A stretch of 64,000 bases of DNA from Vicugna vicugna (taxonomy: Eukaryota). The DNA lies in contig MU059781.1 in assembly GCA_013265495.1 (NCBI GenBank), positions 1,897,667-1,961,666 on the forward strand, in the 5' to 3' direction. A program made the position numbers and the translations under genes. Below are positions 35,795-48,407 of this stretch, piece after piece (position 1 is the stretch's first letter; every line of letters begins with the position of its first letter). Below the pieces are notes generated by a model that did no database searches, was not told the DNA's origin, and saw nothing but the letters and a program-made list of their open reading frames with translations.

Positions 35795-37321
35795 CTAAAA
35801 AAAAAAAATAACAAATACACAAACTAAATGCAAAGGCTCTCAAATTAAAACAAAAATTCTATAGCAATTAAGCATTCATAGCTGTATCTGCGCACTCCCG
35901 CCCCCTCCCCTGACAGATGGCGTTCTGCTCTCTTGCAAAATGCAACCTCAGTGCAGCAGAAGTCCGCTGCCTCTCCTTATCCAAATGTTAACGTGGTGAG
36001 ACTCCGGCGAGGGTCTCCAAGGAGCACACGTGAGTCCCCTCTCCGGTAAGAAGTGCTGGCTGTGGGCTGCACGGACAAGACGGAGCAGACGAGCTATGAG
36101 TCTAGGGGCCCAGTGCTGAGCAAACAGTCACGCCACATTTAAACCATCCATTTCTACTTTGCAGTAAACAATGCAAGAGCAACAGCGCCAGAAACCGTGA
36201 GCAGGAAAGACACTCGGATGCCACTGTGATCATTCGGGTTTTTTATATGCTGGCAGCATTTTACGCTCTGAGAATAAACTGAGGGAACAATTACATAATC
36301 AGTCTTAGTCTCCATTCCTGCTATAAAGATACTACTGGAAACGGTTCTACATGAGCTCTTATGCAATCAAAGGCACTTAAAAACATTAAAAAAAAAAAAC
36401 CTCAGAAATACTTATCCTGGCATCTGAGAATAACTTTTGCCAAAGAGAATTGCTGATGAAAAAAATGGGGAAACAGTGGAGGAGATTAAACACCAACATT
36501 CTTTAGCCCAATGGTAACACACGTCGGATATGGAACTTACTGACTTTTGTAACCTTTTCCTTCAATAATCATAAAAATAAAACCAGGGAAAAACAGGAGT
36601 ACTAACTCCATCAAGGTTTGGGTATTTTGACCTTGCTTTAAAATTGTGATGTTCAATTGTCTGTGTGCTCAGGATAAAATCGGGTTCCCTGGCATGGTAA
36701 CCTAGGCCCTCTCCTTTCCGCTCTCTCTGCTTCTGTGGCCTCAACACACAGGCACTACTTCCCCCTGCTATTTATCACTCATCCATGCGAAAGTACTTGC
36801 AGTAGACCCACCTTCAAAAATGCCTGCTCTTTCCTATCTGTGTCCTCTGCATGTTATTTCTTCTGACTGTTATGTCCTACTAGGTACACTGGGTGAACTC
36901 CTATTTAATCTTCAAAACCCAGCTCACAAGTCACCTCCCCAAGAAACATTTCCTCCCCTTTCACTGAGTTACTCATTCCCTTTTTGGTGCTGCCTCCACT
37001 CCTTATTTCCAATTCCAGCAGTGCCCTGATCACAATGTGCTGCTAAACATTTGCTGCCCTTCTCTTCTGAAGAACAAGTTCAAGGGTTGAGTTCATGGCA
37101 GCCCCTCTAGAAACACAATCTGGGCAATGCCAGGTTCAAAGTAGCACCTGAGTATCTGTAACCTGGAAGCCAGAACCAAAGCCACATCCCAGCTTCAAAT
37201 ACTAGCTCTGTCACCTTTGTATGACCTCAGGCATACACTGATTCTTCAGTTTCCTCCTCTAAAACCACAGGATAAAATCAGTAGCTCTCTTATCAGAATG
37301 TTGTAAAGAATAAATGAGTCC

Positions 37322-37566
37322 ACTACGAACTCATCTACAAAACAGAAACAGACGATCAGAGTTTGATATTTACAAACGTTAGCCACTATACATCAAAATA
37401 GGTTTTTTAAAAAAGTTTCTTTTGTATAGCACAGGGAACTATGCTCAATATCTTGTAATAACCTTTAATGAGAAAAATATGAAAATGAATATATGCATGT
37501 ATATGCATGGCAGGGACACTGTGCTGTAGCTGTACACGAGAGACTGACACATTGTAATTGAGTGAG
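37322..37566 (+). mobile_element. Short camelid-type L1 3' UTR fragment inserted into a MIR (MIR spans about 37190-37640)
   Basis: gtatagcacagggaactatgctcaatatcttgtaataacc...atatatgcatgtatatgcatgg; 11-bp target-site duplication taaatgagtcc at 37311-37321 and 37567-37577. Confidence 0.85.
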
Positions 37567-40289
37567 TAAATGAGTCCCCATAAGGGACAGCGCTCAGAAC
37601 AGTGTCAGGCAAGTAATAAGCGTGCAATAAATATGCACCATTTTTACTGGGAACTGCCTTCTTGGGTTGAGGTAACAGCTGAAGGATGACACGTGTGGCC
37701 TGTCACAAAGGTGTAACAGGCACACAGAAGTGCTTCTCTCCTCTCTCCTGGGAGACGGTTCTCATCAGATAGCAGAGACCCAACCGTGGTCACAGCTCCA
37801 AGGACAGAGGTGTCATGTCCATAGTGGGCCACCAGGGCCCGGAGGGCCGAGGGTTAGCTAAATCCTGGGCACACCACCCTGCTGGACACGAGCTCTCACT
37901 CAGAGGGACAGGCAGCAGGGCTATCCCTGCAGCACCCAGGTCAACTGACTTTGGCAGACAGAATAATAGCTCACATCTGTCAAGTGTTAATTAGGTACCA
38001 GATTCTAAATGCCTGAACCAATGAGGCGGGAGCGAGTTAAGTGACAGAGGTGACGCACACACAGGGTGGCTGTCTGGGGACTCTTTTACCACCACGGGCC
38101 TCAGGGCTTTGCTCTTCTCTAAGACTCACTAGGAAGTCTGCTCCTGTGGGTGTGACCAGGCACCCATGGATGCTCTCACCCAGACTTTCTAGGGCCCGCA
38201 GGTCACCAGGCGGAGCACAGGGTGGGGCCAGAGGGAGACCGAGCACCACAGCCCTGAGACTGGAGCTGCTGGAGCCCCAGGCGGCTCCTCCTCCCGCTCC
38301 ACTCAGCCTGGAACCCTTTGGGGATGGAAGGATAGAGGGCCTCCGGGCACAGCCCCGCCACCGGCCCCGCCACCCACCCAGGAGGAAAGCATCCGCATCT
38401 TCTGCAGGCAGGGGAAGGAATGCGTCGCACAGACCCAACAGGCTTAGTGTTCCTGCATTTCCTTCATCACTCAGTGCTCATGTGTCCTTCCTTCCCACAC
38501 ACAGAATCTGTTTGGACATTTTCAATACAACAAGAAAGTGAGACTGTAAGTGCATGTGAAATGCAAGCATTATTTCAAAGTTTCAAGCACAACGTGCCCT
38601 TGCGGTAAACGGCACGTAACTTTAATCGAGTGCTCGCACTGTGCGGTCCTCACCAGTCAGGTGCAGGAGAGGCTGGCAGCCTGGGTCTCACTCAGAAAAA
38701 AGCGTTATTCTTGTGCACAAGCCAAGTGTAGCCACTACAGTGTGGACTGTTTCCCAACAATTCCGGCAGGGTCAGTACTCCTCTGGCTGGCCATTCTCAA
38801 GCAGCTGGGGAAGGCGGGAGGAAGGACAGAAGGCAGGAAGACTGCACACGGGGGCACTTTCCTTCTCTTCTTGGATCCAACCTTCCCTAGACTCCTATCT
38901 CTGCAGGGGCCAGAGGAGAATCCAGAGTAGAGACCCGCCCAGCAGCTCTGCATCAGGTCTGCGGCTGTTCACACCCTGGGGGAGCTGAAAGTAGCCAGGG
39001 GAGCTCCCAGGACACATCCTACGTGTTTCCTGCAGCAGCTCTGAAGTCGGCAGGGACTTCAGGCCTTAGGCAGAGGAGACAAGTATCAACTGGTGGCGAG
39101 CTCTTGTCTGTTTCCTGCACTAGCGACTCCAAACAGCGTGAATCTCAAGACAGGTCGCACGTGTCCAGAATCTGGAGGGTTCCTGTGAATTTGCAGCTCT
39201 GCTCTTTACAAGCACGGGGGCAACATCCATCATAATGGAGACGCTCAAGAAGAAAATCAGATTTGTTTACCTCCTCTGAGTGTATTTGTGAAAGAATTAT
39301 ATCAGATGCTAGTTGTCAGGAATGATGGAAGACAGCCAAACTCTATTTCTAGTGGGCTCCGGCGCTACACTTATCTTCTTCTATAACCAAATGGTATGCA
39401 AAGAGCCCACATAATTTTCCATCTGTGACCTGTAACACTTTACTTGGAGTCAAGATGACCAGAAAGCTTTACACAGAAGATTAGGACTTCAAAAGAGGAA
39501 TTAACTCCAGGGAGATGGGTCTTTTAAGGAATTAAAGATCACATTTCCACACAAACATCTGCCAGAGGGGAAAAAACAGCAAAAGAAACAGCTCCCCAGG
39601 GCTGCAGCTCACATGGGCAGAGCTTCCTCTGGACACACAATGTTTTCCAAGCCCTTCCAGGAAGCATGGAGAGTGCTCTGCTGCTGGAACGCTGTCCGAC
39701 TTTCTTCTTCCGTAGCTTCAGTTGCAGACTTAGGAAAGTGTTTCTGGTATGAGGGAACTTGGAGCTTCAGACCACAAGCTTCCAAAAGCCAGGCTTTGCC
39801 CATGCGATCCTGGAGTGCTCAGGACGGCGTGGAGATGCACAGGGGTCCCCCCTGTTGACATGGCCCCACGGGCCACTTTCACTGAGTCTGCTTTCAACCG
39901 TACAGCCCTGCACCCACAGTGTCAGACCAGGTAACGTTTAACGCCATCCAGGACCCTTAAGTGTTCTCTCTTACGCCAAAAATTGCCTTCATGTTCTATT
40001 TCCAGAACCCTGGGGAGTCTCTGTTGGCTGTGAGAAGTTTTGATCTCTTCCAGGTGGAATATTCCATTTTAGCAAAGATATTCACTTAAGGACATAGAAA
40101 CAGGCAACCAACTTCAATAGCTGGAGCAAAGAAAATCACATTGGCAACAATGCGGGAGAGCCCAGGGGTGTCGACGGCCCAGGGGTCCGTGCTAGGTACT
40201 GGACACACCTGTAGAAGCACCTTCTCAGATTCTGTTGTTCAGTCCCTACACGTCTAGGAAGCGAGAAAGAACACACTCAGAAATGTTGA

Positions 40290-40722
40290 TGTTGTGGGTT
40301 GAATCGTGTTCCCCCAAAGGACATGTGGAAGTCCTAATCCCCAGTGTCTGTGGCCTTATTTAGAAATACAGTCTTTGCAGACGTCATCAGCTAGGATGAG
40401 GTCACGCTGGATTAGGGTGGGCTTTAGACCCTATGGCTGGACTTCATAAGGAGAGAGATTTGGAGACATCCAGACGAAAGCAGAGAGAAGGCCACGTGGT
40501 GATGGAGGCAGGGATGGGAGTCACGTGAAGGACATGGATGCCAACAACTGCCAGCAGCCACCAGGAGCAAGGAGAGGCAAGGGCTGATCCTTCACCAGAG
40601 CCTTCAGAGGGCGCATGGCCTTGCTGGCACCTGGCCTCCAGAGCTGTAAGGGGATGCATTTTTGTTGTTTAAAGCCAGCCAGTTTGTGATACTCTGGAGG
40701 GCAGCCCTGGAGAAAGGAAACA
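40290..40722 (+). mobile_element. MLT1C-like MaLR solo LTR
   Basis: Starts tgttgtgggttgaatcgtgttcccccaaa; ends ttgttgtttaaagccagccagtttgtg...ggaaaca. Confidence 0.88.
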
Positions 40723-41299
40723 GCTGGTCTTCAGCCACTTTCTTCCCAGCGCCGCTTGGTGCCACTTGCTCAGCAGGTCCTCTGTGCCCTGATGCAATGT
40801 TTGCTGGTGCCCGGAGACAAGATTCCAGACCAGGGAGCTGGCAGGAGGGGAGGAGCCCGTGGAGCAGAGGGACCTAGAAGCCTGAGCAAGTGGTGGGGCT
40901 GGGGCCTGAGACAAGCACCTGGGAGGAGCAGGATCCTGACAGGTGAGCTCCGGATGAAGGGAAACAGACCTACCCAATGACGTGTGAGGCCGCACAGGGC
41001 GCTGGAGCCGGGGGCTCAGGGGACACAGCACTGGCAAATTCGGCAGCAGAATGCATGTGAAGACCTACGCTGAGACCCGCAAGAACGAGACGGTGGCATC
41101 ACCATCAGGGGAGGCGCCAGTCTTCTTACGCCCACTGCCAGCACCACCACCCTCTCCATGGCCACCTCCAACACTGCTCACATCACTACGATGACACTGC
41201 AGGACTTCGCTGCCTGCTAAGGTAAGGTGTACCCTGTCCTACAATCCAGGACGTGGTGGAAGATTTCTGAGAAATAAGTTACACGATCTGCCTCTCCTC

Positions 41300-41600
41300 C
41301 TCCCTCCTTTCCACAAATACCACTTAATCTGTGCCAGTCCCTGTGCGAGGTGCTGGGGACCTGCAGATGCAGGACACAGGCAAGGGCTCATCCTCACGAG
41401 GCTTATGGTTGGGTGGGAGACAGTTACACAAGGGTGTGACTTTCCTGACTGGGGAGTAGAGGGCGCTGTCGAGCACATTGCAGGGTTAATCTAGCCCAAA
41501 GGAGGCTAGGTGGGCTTCCTGGAGGAAGTGACAGCTAAATGAGACCTTAGGGAAAGGGGGCATCAGGCTGTAAAGAGAAGATATGCTGGCAGAGGGACTG
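41300..41600 (-). mobile_element. L2 fragment
   Basis: gggcttcctggaggaagtgacagctaaatgagacct motif. Confidence 0.6.
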
Positions 41601-42557
41601 GTATGAGTCAAGGCTGGGAGGAGGAGCGGAAGGCCTATTCGAGGCACTGAGTGTGCGTTAAAACTCTCCGGACTTCCGCTGCCTGACCCAACAGGGTCTC
41701 CATTCCTCTGTAGGTCACTGTGACCAACACCTACCACACACGCAAAGCTCAGGCTGGAAGGCTGCTCTCTAGAACACCCACTCCGAGCTGCACCCTCGCT
41801 AGGATCAGTCGGGATGCCCCCCGTCTGTTTATTCCAGCTGTACTTGCTGGTGACACTTGTCCTTGTTCATTAAAGATTGCACAAACTAATGACATGTGAA
41901 AACAAACACAGGAAAGAAGGGCTTGTTTCTATGTAAAAAACAACAATAACACTGATTGCTTTAAAATATATTCAAACAAGACAAGTCACTGGAAAAATCT
42001 GCCACTGAGATAGGTGTGGGCAGCTATAAAAGATAAGGAAAGAATTGTAAAACTCCAAAAGGATTTTGCACTGAGTTTCTTGGGTCACTCTAAAGAAGTC
42101 CAGTCTGGGCAAAGCAGCAGCGGGTGGAAATGATGACGTGTGTGAGGTCAACGCCACAGACTCCGCTCGGGGGCCCCAGTGCAAAGAAAGACCTGGCATC
42201 AAGCCCCTGTTAGAACAGATGACCCCCAGCATGCCTTAAATTAAAGCACGGTGTTTAAACTACCTATGTCACTTCTGTGGGGTTTCTTCCCCCAGCATTT
42301 ACTAATCTCTTCCCTCAACCAAGCAATTAGTGTAAATAATTCAGCAGGGCCGGACCTGGGGCTCAGGGGGCCTGCAGTGGTTACGACAGCGATGGTGGCT
42401 GAGCCGTGGCTAAGGGGGCACCCCCCGGGATGGGTTCTTGAGATGAGAAGAGAGGGGTCTGGGAGTGGGGACAGACAGCAGAGATCACATGTGCAGCGAG
42501 AGAGACTAGGGGACAGCGGGGGTGCCAGGCTGCCACATGCCTTGTTCCATGGCGCTG

Positions 42558-42941
42558 GCTGACACGACAGAAATCAATCATCTCCCAGTTCCGGAGTCCG
42601 AAAGTCCGAGCTCCAGGCGTCAAGGGCTGGGCTCCCTCTGATGAAGGCACAAGGTGGGATGTGTTCCCGGCACCTCTCCCAGCCTCTGGGAGTCCCTTGG
42701 CTTGTGCAACAGAACACCAGCCCTTACAATGACGCGTGGCGTTCTCCCTGTGTGCACGTCCATCTCCAAGTCCCCCCTTTTATAAGGACAGTCAGGTTAG
42801 ATTAGGGGTCCACACTGCTCCAGCTCAATCTCAACTAACTACGCCTGCCATGACTCTGTTTCCAAGCAAGGTCACGCTCTGAGGTACAGAGGGCTGGGGC
42901 TCAGCATGTGAATTTGAGGGGACACAGTCCAGCCCATAACG
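42558..42941 (-). mobile_element. MLT1B/C-like MaLR LTR
   Basis: cccttttataaggacagtcagg...ttccaagcaaggtcacgctctgagg...ggggacacagtccagcccataac. Confidence 0.85.
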
Positions 42942-45074
42942 GGGAGGCAGGGGGAGAACACGTGGAGCGTGGTGTCACAGAGGTCACACCCTCTCATCTG
43001 TGCTCCTGGACAGCACGCGGAGCCGTGTCCTGAGCGCGGCCCCAGCCCTGAGCCGTCTGCTGGCCCTGACGATGGCTTTCTTCCCAGGCTGCCGCGTACC
43101 ACTGGTGGGGACCAAGGTCTGGTCTCCCCCAGGCTCACAGGCCCTCTTGCCAAGCAGAGAGGTGAAACCCAGGGAAGGTTCTCTCCAACTCCAAAATCTT
43201 TTTTCTGTGACTCATTTTATTTCCTGTAAATCAAACTGGTTGAAAAGAAGCAACAAGCATTCCCAGGCCGAGAGCTTTCCAGCAACGTACATGGGCGCAC
43301 CAGAAGCACCAGGCACGGCTGCTCTCAAAAGAGTTTCTCTCAAAAGCCTCGTGCAGAGTCACAGGAAAAGCCAGCATCCCCTCCATGCTTCTTAACGAGG
43401 CATGGATAAGAAAACCGTCATAATCCCTGCATGTGGTGCTGACCAGCGCCAGCCCCAGCTCCTCCCTCCCTCCCACGGTCACTGCACCAGGGAAGAAGTG
43501 GAGGAAAATCAACGGGTCAGTCATGCTTGAAAGCAGCGCTGGGGGACACTTTGGTGCACAAGAGGCTGGGCTCAGGAGTCTCAGTGAGGTTTGGGGTGAT
43601 TAAAGGCTCCTCCAACTCTATCCGTTCGCTGTCCTTCAGGACTGAGGTTTCACTGACAATGGGTTGTAGACAATGAAGATACAGATAAAGATGCTTCCCT
43701 GCCAGCCTCTTGCTGCTTGGGGGATGGAGGAGTCTAGGCTTCTAATAAAGAACAAAAGTTCTGGGAGGGGAAAGCCTGCTTGGGAAAAGGCAGATGTTGC
43801 ACGGAGCCTCACAAAAGATGCCCAACATCTGTTGGAAGGGACAGATTTGTTTCAGGGAGAAAAGGCGATAATGTTTTTGTCTTTTCTAGATGGCCTGTCT
43901 GGAGCTGGTAACTTGTTGCTTTGTTTTTTTGAAACGTGCCACTTCCTCTGACTCATTCTTCAAACTAAACTAAGCTGTCAGATGGGAACTGATGAGATGC
44001 CAAACGAGGTCTTACTTCAGTTGTTACCCATTCCCCTAGTTCCCTCCAAAATGTTCAGTATGAAAACGGAAAGCTACACCTCGACTGCAGTCGCTGCACC
44101 TTTTTGACCAGATAAAAGGTGTCGGAATCTTTCACACTTTTGTTTTTCCAAATGAGTTCAGACTTTAAAGGGACAACGCTAGCTCACTTCTCTGTCCACT
44201 CCCATCTCAAATCCTTTTAAGTCTCTTTGAAAATTCCTTTCAAGGGACGAGACAGCCCAGTCCAGTCACTGCCAAGAGCACTTCTCTGCCTGCTCAGAAT
44301 GAAACAGTTCTCACAGCTGACCCAGGAGGCGGCCACTTCCGGTGCACGTGGTGGCCATCGCTTGTGTACAAGGCAGACATTCGAAAACCAGATGACTTCA
44401 AAAGGAAGCAAAATAATGCCTGTGAGAGGGAGACGCCCACTGGAAACCAGGGCTCTGGTCTCCCATCGCTCTCAAAGACAAATGTTTTTGAGTCTCCGGA
44501 GAATTGAAAGCACCAAGAGGAGATGTTCTTTCATAACAGGACCATGAGGGTCACTGGACATAAATGTCCTTACAGCCCCTGGCTAATCGTCAGTCTCCAC
44601 GCTCAGAATCTCCGCCTTCCACTCTGATCTAGTTCCACCTGGCCAGGAATCAGCTCTCCGTTGGCACCAGCTGGCCTCCTGATGTTTGTCATTTTCAAGG
44701 GCGTCTCCTCCCCAAGGACCAAGATCTGTCTTCAAGTCTGGTCAACGTCCTCACCCCGCAGTCAGTGAAGACACAGATTGGAGTGAACGGTGACTGGATC
44801 CTCTCTACTAACTAAGCAGCAGCTCCCAGTCCCCAGCCACGGTCCTCAGGATGGTCACAGGCCCATTCCAGACTCTGTGGCCCAGGGCCTTGGACCCCTG
44901 TCCGTCGTGACAAAGGGTTTACTCATACTTGTGTGAACAGTCTTTTAAAAACCTCAAGTCATTTTTGAACTTCATATCAAAATAAATTCACTCTTAGAAG
45001 ACAATACACAATACTCTCACACTCTTTAATTTTCTATAAGAATAAGTTTACCAAAGAAGACCTGCGATGCTTGC

Positions 45075-45620
45075 CCTGGATTTTTGGTTGGCCAAAGTGC
45101 TCCTGTTCAAATGCAAGCCAGATCACATCAGTCCTCTACTCAGCCCCCTCCACGGCTCCCATCTCACTCACAGAGCAAGCAGACGACTTCCAATCCCCCC
45201 CAGGACTTCCCAGGGCAAGTCTCGTCCTCGTCTCTCCCTCTGTCTATTCCACCCATAGTTCCTCGGGCACACCCCCTGTGTTCTGGCCTCAGCCCCTCTG
45301 CAACTGCTGTTCCACCCACCCCGAATGCTCTTCCCCGCTGGTCCCGCACGGGGCTGGCTCCCTCACCTCCTTCACAGGTCTGCTCAGAGGTCTCCCCATC
45401 AGTGGCGCCCCACATGCCCCAATCCCGCACCCCTGAGCTGCTTCAGTTCCCCTCCCCGGCACGTCCATCCCACCTCTGATGGGATTCAGTCACTCGTCTA
45501 CTGTCTGTCGCCAACGAGACTATAACTCCTTGAAGCAGGCTCACTGTCTGCTTCACTCACAGATGCACCCCATCACTTAAAACAGTGCCAGCACAGAGCA
45601 GGTGTCAGCACCTCGGTGCT
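45075..45620 (+). mobile_element. L2 fragment
   Basis: ttcaaatgcaagccagatcacatcagtcctct...ggctcccatctcactca...aacagtgccagcacagagcagg. Confidence 0.7.
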
Positions 45621-46149
45621 GAAAGGACTGGACCCAGGTGTCACCGCATCCTTCATCGCTGAGGAGCTGCTTTATTAGGTGCCATCTGCCTGGATGCGCT
45701 TGCCTCCTTCCAGAAAGGAGCTGCTCAGTGCTGGTCAGAGGTCACAAGGAGGCTCTGGATGGGGGCACAAGTCGGGGCTGGAGCAGGGACCAGCCTGCCC
45801 ATCTGGGAGGATGCCGGCTGTGGGCCTCCGGCTCTGAGCAGGCTCCCTTTCAGTCTCTCGTCCCGGCTGCAGGAGGAGGCAGACACGCCAGTACTCAGGC
45901 CGCTATGTGCTCAATCCAGATGGACCTTGCAGCTCTCTAATGAACACCTCCAGGCTTCTCTGTGAAGCCTCGCTCCTCCCAGCTCAGGCAGGCAAACATG
46001 AGTTGAGTGGCTCCAGCACTGGCTGCAGGAATGCCCCCTCTGGTGTGGTGCTGTGTACAGGCGCCACGCACCTGAGGAGGGGGAGTCAGAGTCCCCCACT
46101 CCTCCACCACCACACCAGTCCCAGCCCCTCCCTTCTGAGCGCGCACCTA

Positions 46150-46620
46150 GGCTCCCTCCTGCCCATCACCCTGCACTGCATCCCACCCACCTGCCCCTGG
46201 CCACCTCCAACAGGACGATCTCACACCTGCTGCCCAGCTGTAGTGGGGGAGTCTCCTCCCCTCCTGGAAAGGCTGGGACCCCTCCTCCCACTCATCAGCT
46301 CTTGACCACAATTTCCTTCTGTCACTTCAGAAATCACAGTTTCTTCCTGGCGCCCTCCTGAGTTCTTTCTTTCATCTGTCTAAGAACAGTCCATCCCTGC
46401 TAATAAATCAACCAGAGGGAGGAAGGAGACCACCTCCAGCCCTTTCATCTTCTCCGGCACAGAAAAAGCAGCCCTCACCTGGGCAGGCACAACCAGCCGC
46501 CGCCACCGCAGCCTACAGCCTGTGCTGGGGGCTTCCTGCCCTAAACTCCAGTCCTCAGATCTTCAGACAAGCTAACAGTCGCTCCTGATTCCCTCTGAAA
46601 ATTCCCCAGCAAAACTACCA
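46150..46620 (+). mobile_element. L2 fragment (degenerate)
   Basis: Pyrimidine-rich L2-like ORF2 remnant. Confidence 0.4.
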
Positions 46621-48314
46621 GCAACTGTGTGCTTTCTGGACTGTCTACGTTGTTCCTGGGCCAAGGATGTGCTGGGGGAGGCAGCTTCGTAATATACACT
46701 GGCAACCTCATTAGTCCAAATCTTTTATTAACGACTTCCTCTTACTATGAACCACGCCAGGTAATTATCTGACTTTGTATCCGCGACAGCATTGAGAAGT
46801 GGAGAATACTATTAGTGTGGCCCACTTTTTGGCTTTGTCATTGATTTTATTTAGGAATTTAAGGCTTTTTATGTTTACTTTATGGTTCAAGAGACTATAG
46901 ACAAAACATCAGTATCAATAAATGATGAATAATTATTCTAAAAAATGGCATAAATAAGGTTTGGATTCAGTAAGAGCCACAAAAGGAAAACAGTGTGGTT
47001 AAGTGAAAAGGCACAATAAATGTGACAGTGAAAGTCAGCGTGAGAGAGAGAAACTCAGAATATTCTATTTCACAGATGACAGTTGGGTGCATTTTAACTA
47101 AAAGCTCTGTACTTAAGATAGGAACACATACTGACTACGTAAAAATTACTTGATGAGTGAGCTCGATTTTGCCATTCTGAAATCACGGAGTAGCTGTAAA
47201 ATTATGGTCTCTATTCAAGTGAGGTTTAAAAAGTTAAGTATAAACTCTAAGGAAAACAAGTCTTTAAACACTGTAATTGTTAGTATTGGTTATTCAGGCT
47301 GCACAGTGTATCTTACACCAAATTACAGTAGTGCTGGGCCTTAATCATTCCACAAGTCTCACTTTTCTAGCCATTTTCATTCGGTACAGATTAGAGAGTA
47401 TTATGGGACCCATATGATCTTCTGTAAATCAGGAGATCAAACAAAATGTTCTTTGTGGCGGGACCTCGGCTCTGGGATGGCGTCTCTAACCCTCTTATTC
47501 AAGGGAAACTACCATCCAGGTCACAGGTCAGCGAGGAGGAGCTGCCCCCAGGGGTACAGAGCATCAGGGGACCCCAGGCGGTCTTGGAGTTCTGTTTCCA
47601 GCTTCCATGAATGGTCTTAGCCTTCCAGTCATAAGAAATACTGGCGATTAAGATTCACATCTACTTGTTGCCGGGAGAGTTTTAATACCAAGGTCACGTA
47701 CATTTCAACCATGGTCTTTTTCATTGAACAGCATTTTCCAAATGAGCAGCTCTTTCCTGGAGGAGCATGTGCTCCAGACGTCAGCAGGGCCAGGAACCTG
47801 AATGGGGACCCAGGAAGAATCTGCTGGCAAAGTGGTGACTCTCCTTTCTAAACGAGTATCATCGAAGAGGGAGCCAAACCCGACTTCAGGCACAGAGCTG
47901 GCGGGTCATTTACTGACCGGAGCGCACAGCCCTGGCGAAGAAAGAAAACAAAACCCAACAAAGGAGAAGAAGACAGAAAGAAACAACCAAAAAGAAAAAA
48001 AAAAATCCCCCCCAAAACTCAACTGTTCTTCTGTTCAAAGTTTCTTAATAAAAATATATTTCAGTACTATTAAAAATTCAGTTTTAGTCAGTCTAAAAAT
48101 CTCACCCAGCCTTTGGCCGCACTATTTTCTGCAGACTTCTTTGGAGGATTCTGGCGGGAGTCGGGTGGGAAGATTCGTCTTGGGGAAGGTCACATGAGAC
48201 CCTGCTCATCTTCCTTGGTGAGGTCTGGCCGTTCAGACGGCCCCCTCCGCCCATCCCACTGGGCCCACCGCTCCTACAGCAGGGAGGCTGGGGCAGCTTT
48301 TGTTAGAGTGGTAC

Positions 48315-48407
48315 CTGCCATTCCTCGTATCATGTTGCCGCATGTTCTTGATAAAATGAATCTTCTTAAAGTTCTTTGGTCTGGGCGAACCTGAGAGTGT
48401 TCGACAT
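48315..48407 (-). CDS. CABLES1: CABLES1 exon 3 (93 nt, phase 2/2): CRTLSGSPRPKNFKKIHFIKNMRQHDTRNG(R)
   Basis: Acceptor ctttatttttcag|ATGTCGA, donor GGCAG|gtacca (weak); contained in ORF 48233..48472. Confidence 0.97.

Noticed and set aside
46700-47350. AT-rich stretch that may be a decayed hAT transposon (similar stretches near 33400 and 53440)
   Set aside because: I could not match termini or a consensus with confidence; needs RepeatMasker or Dfam.
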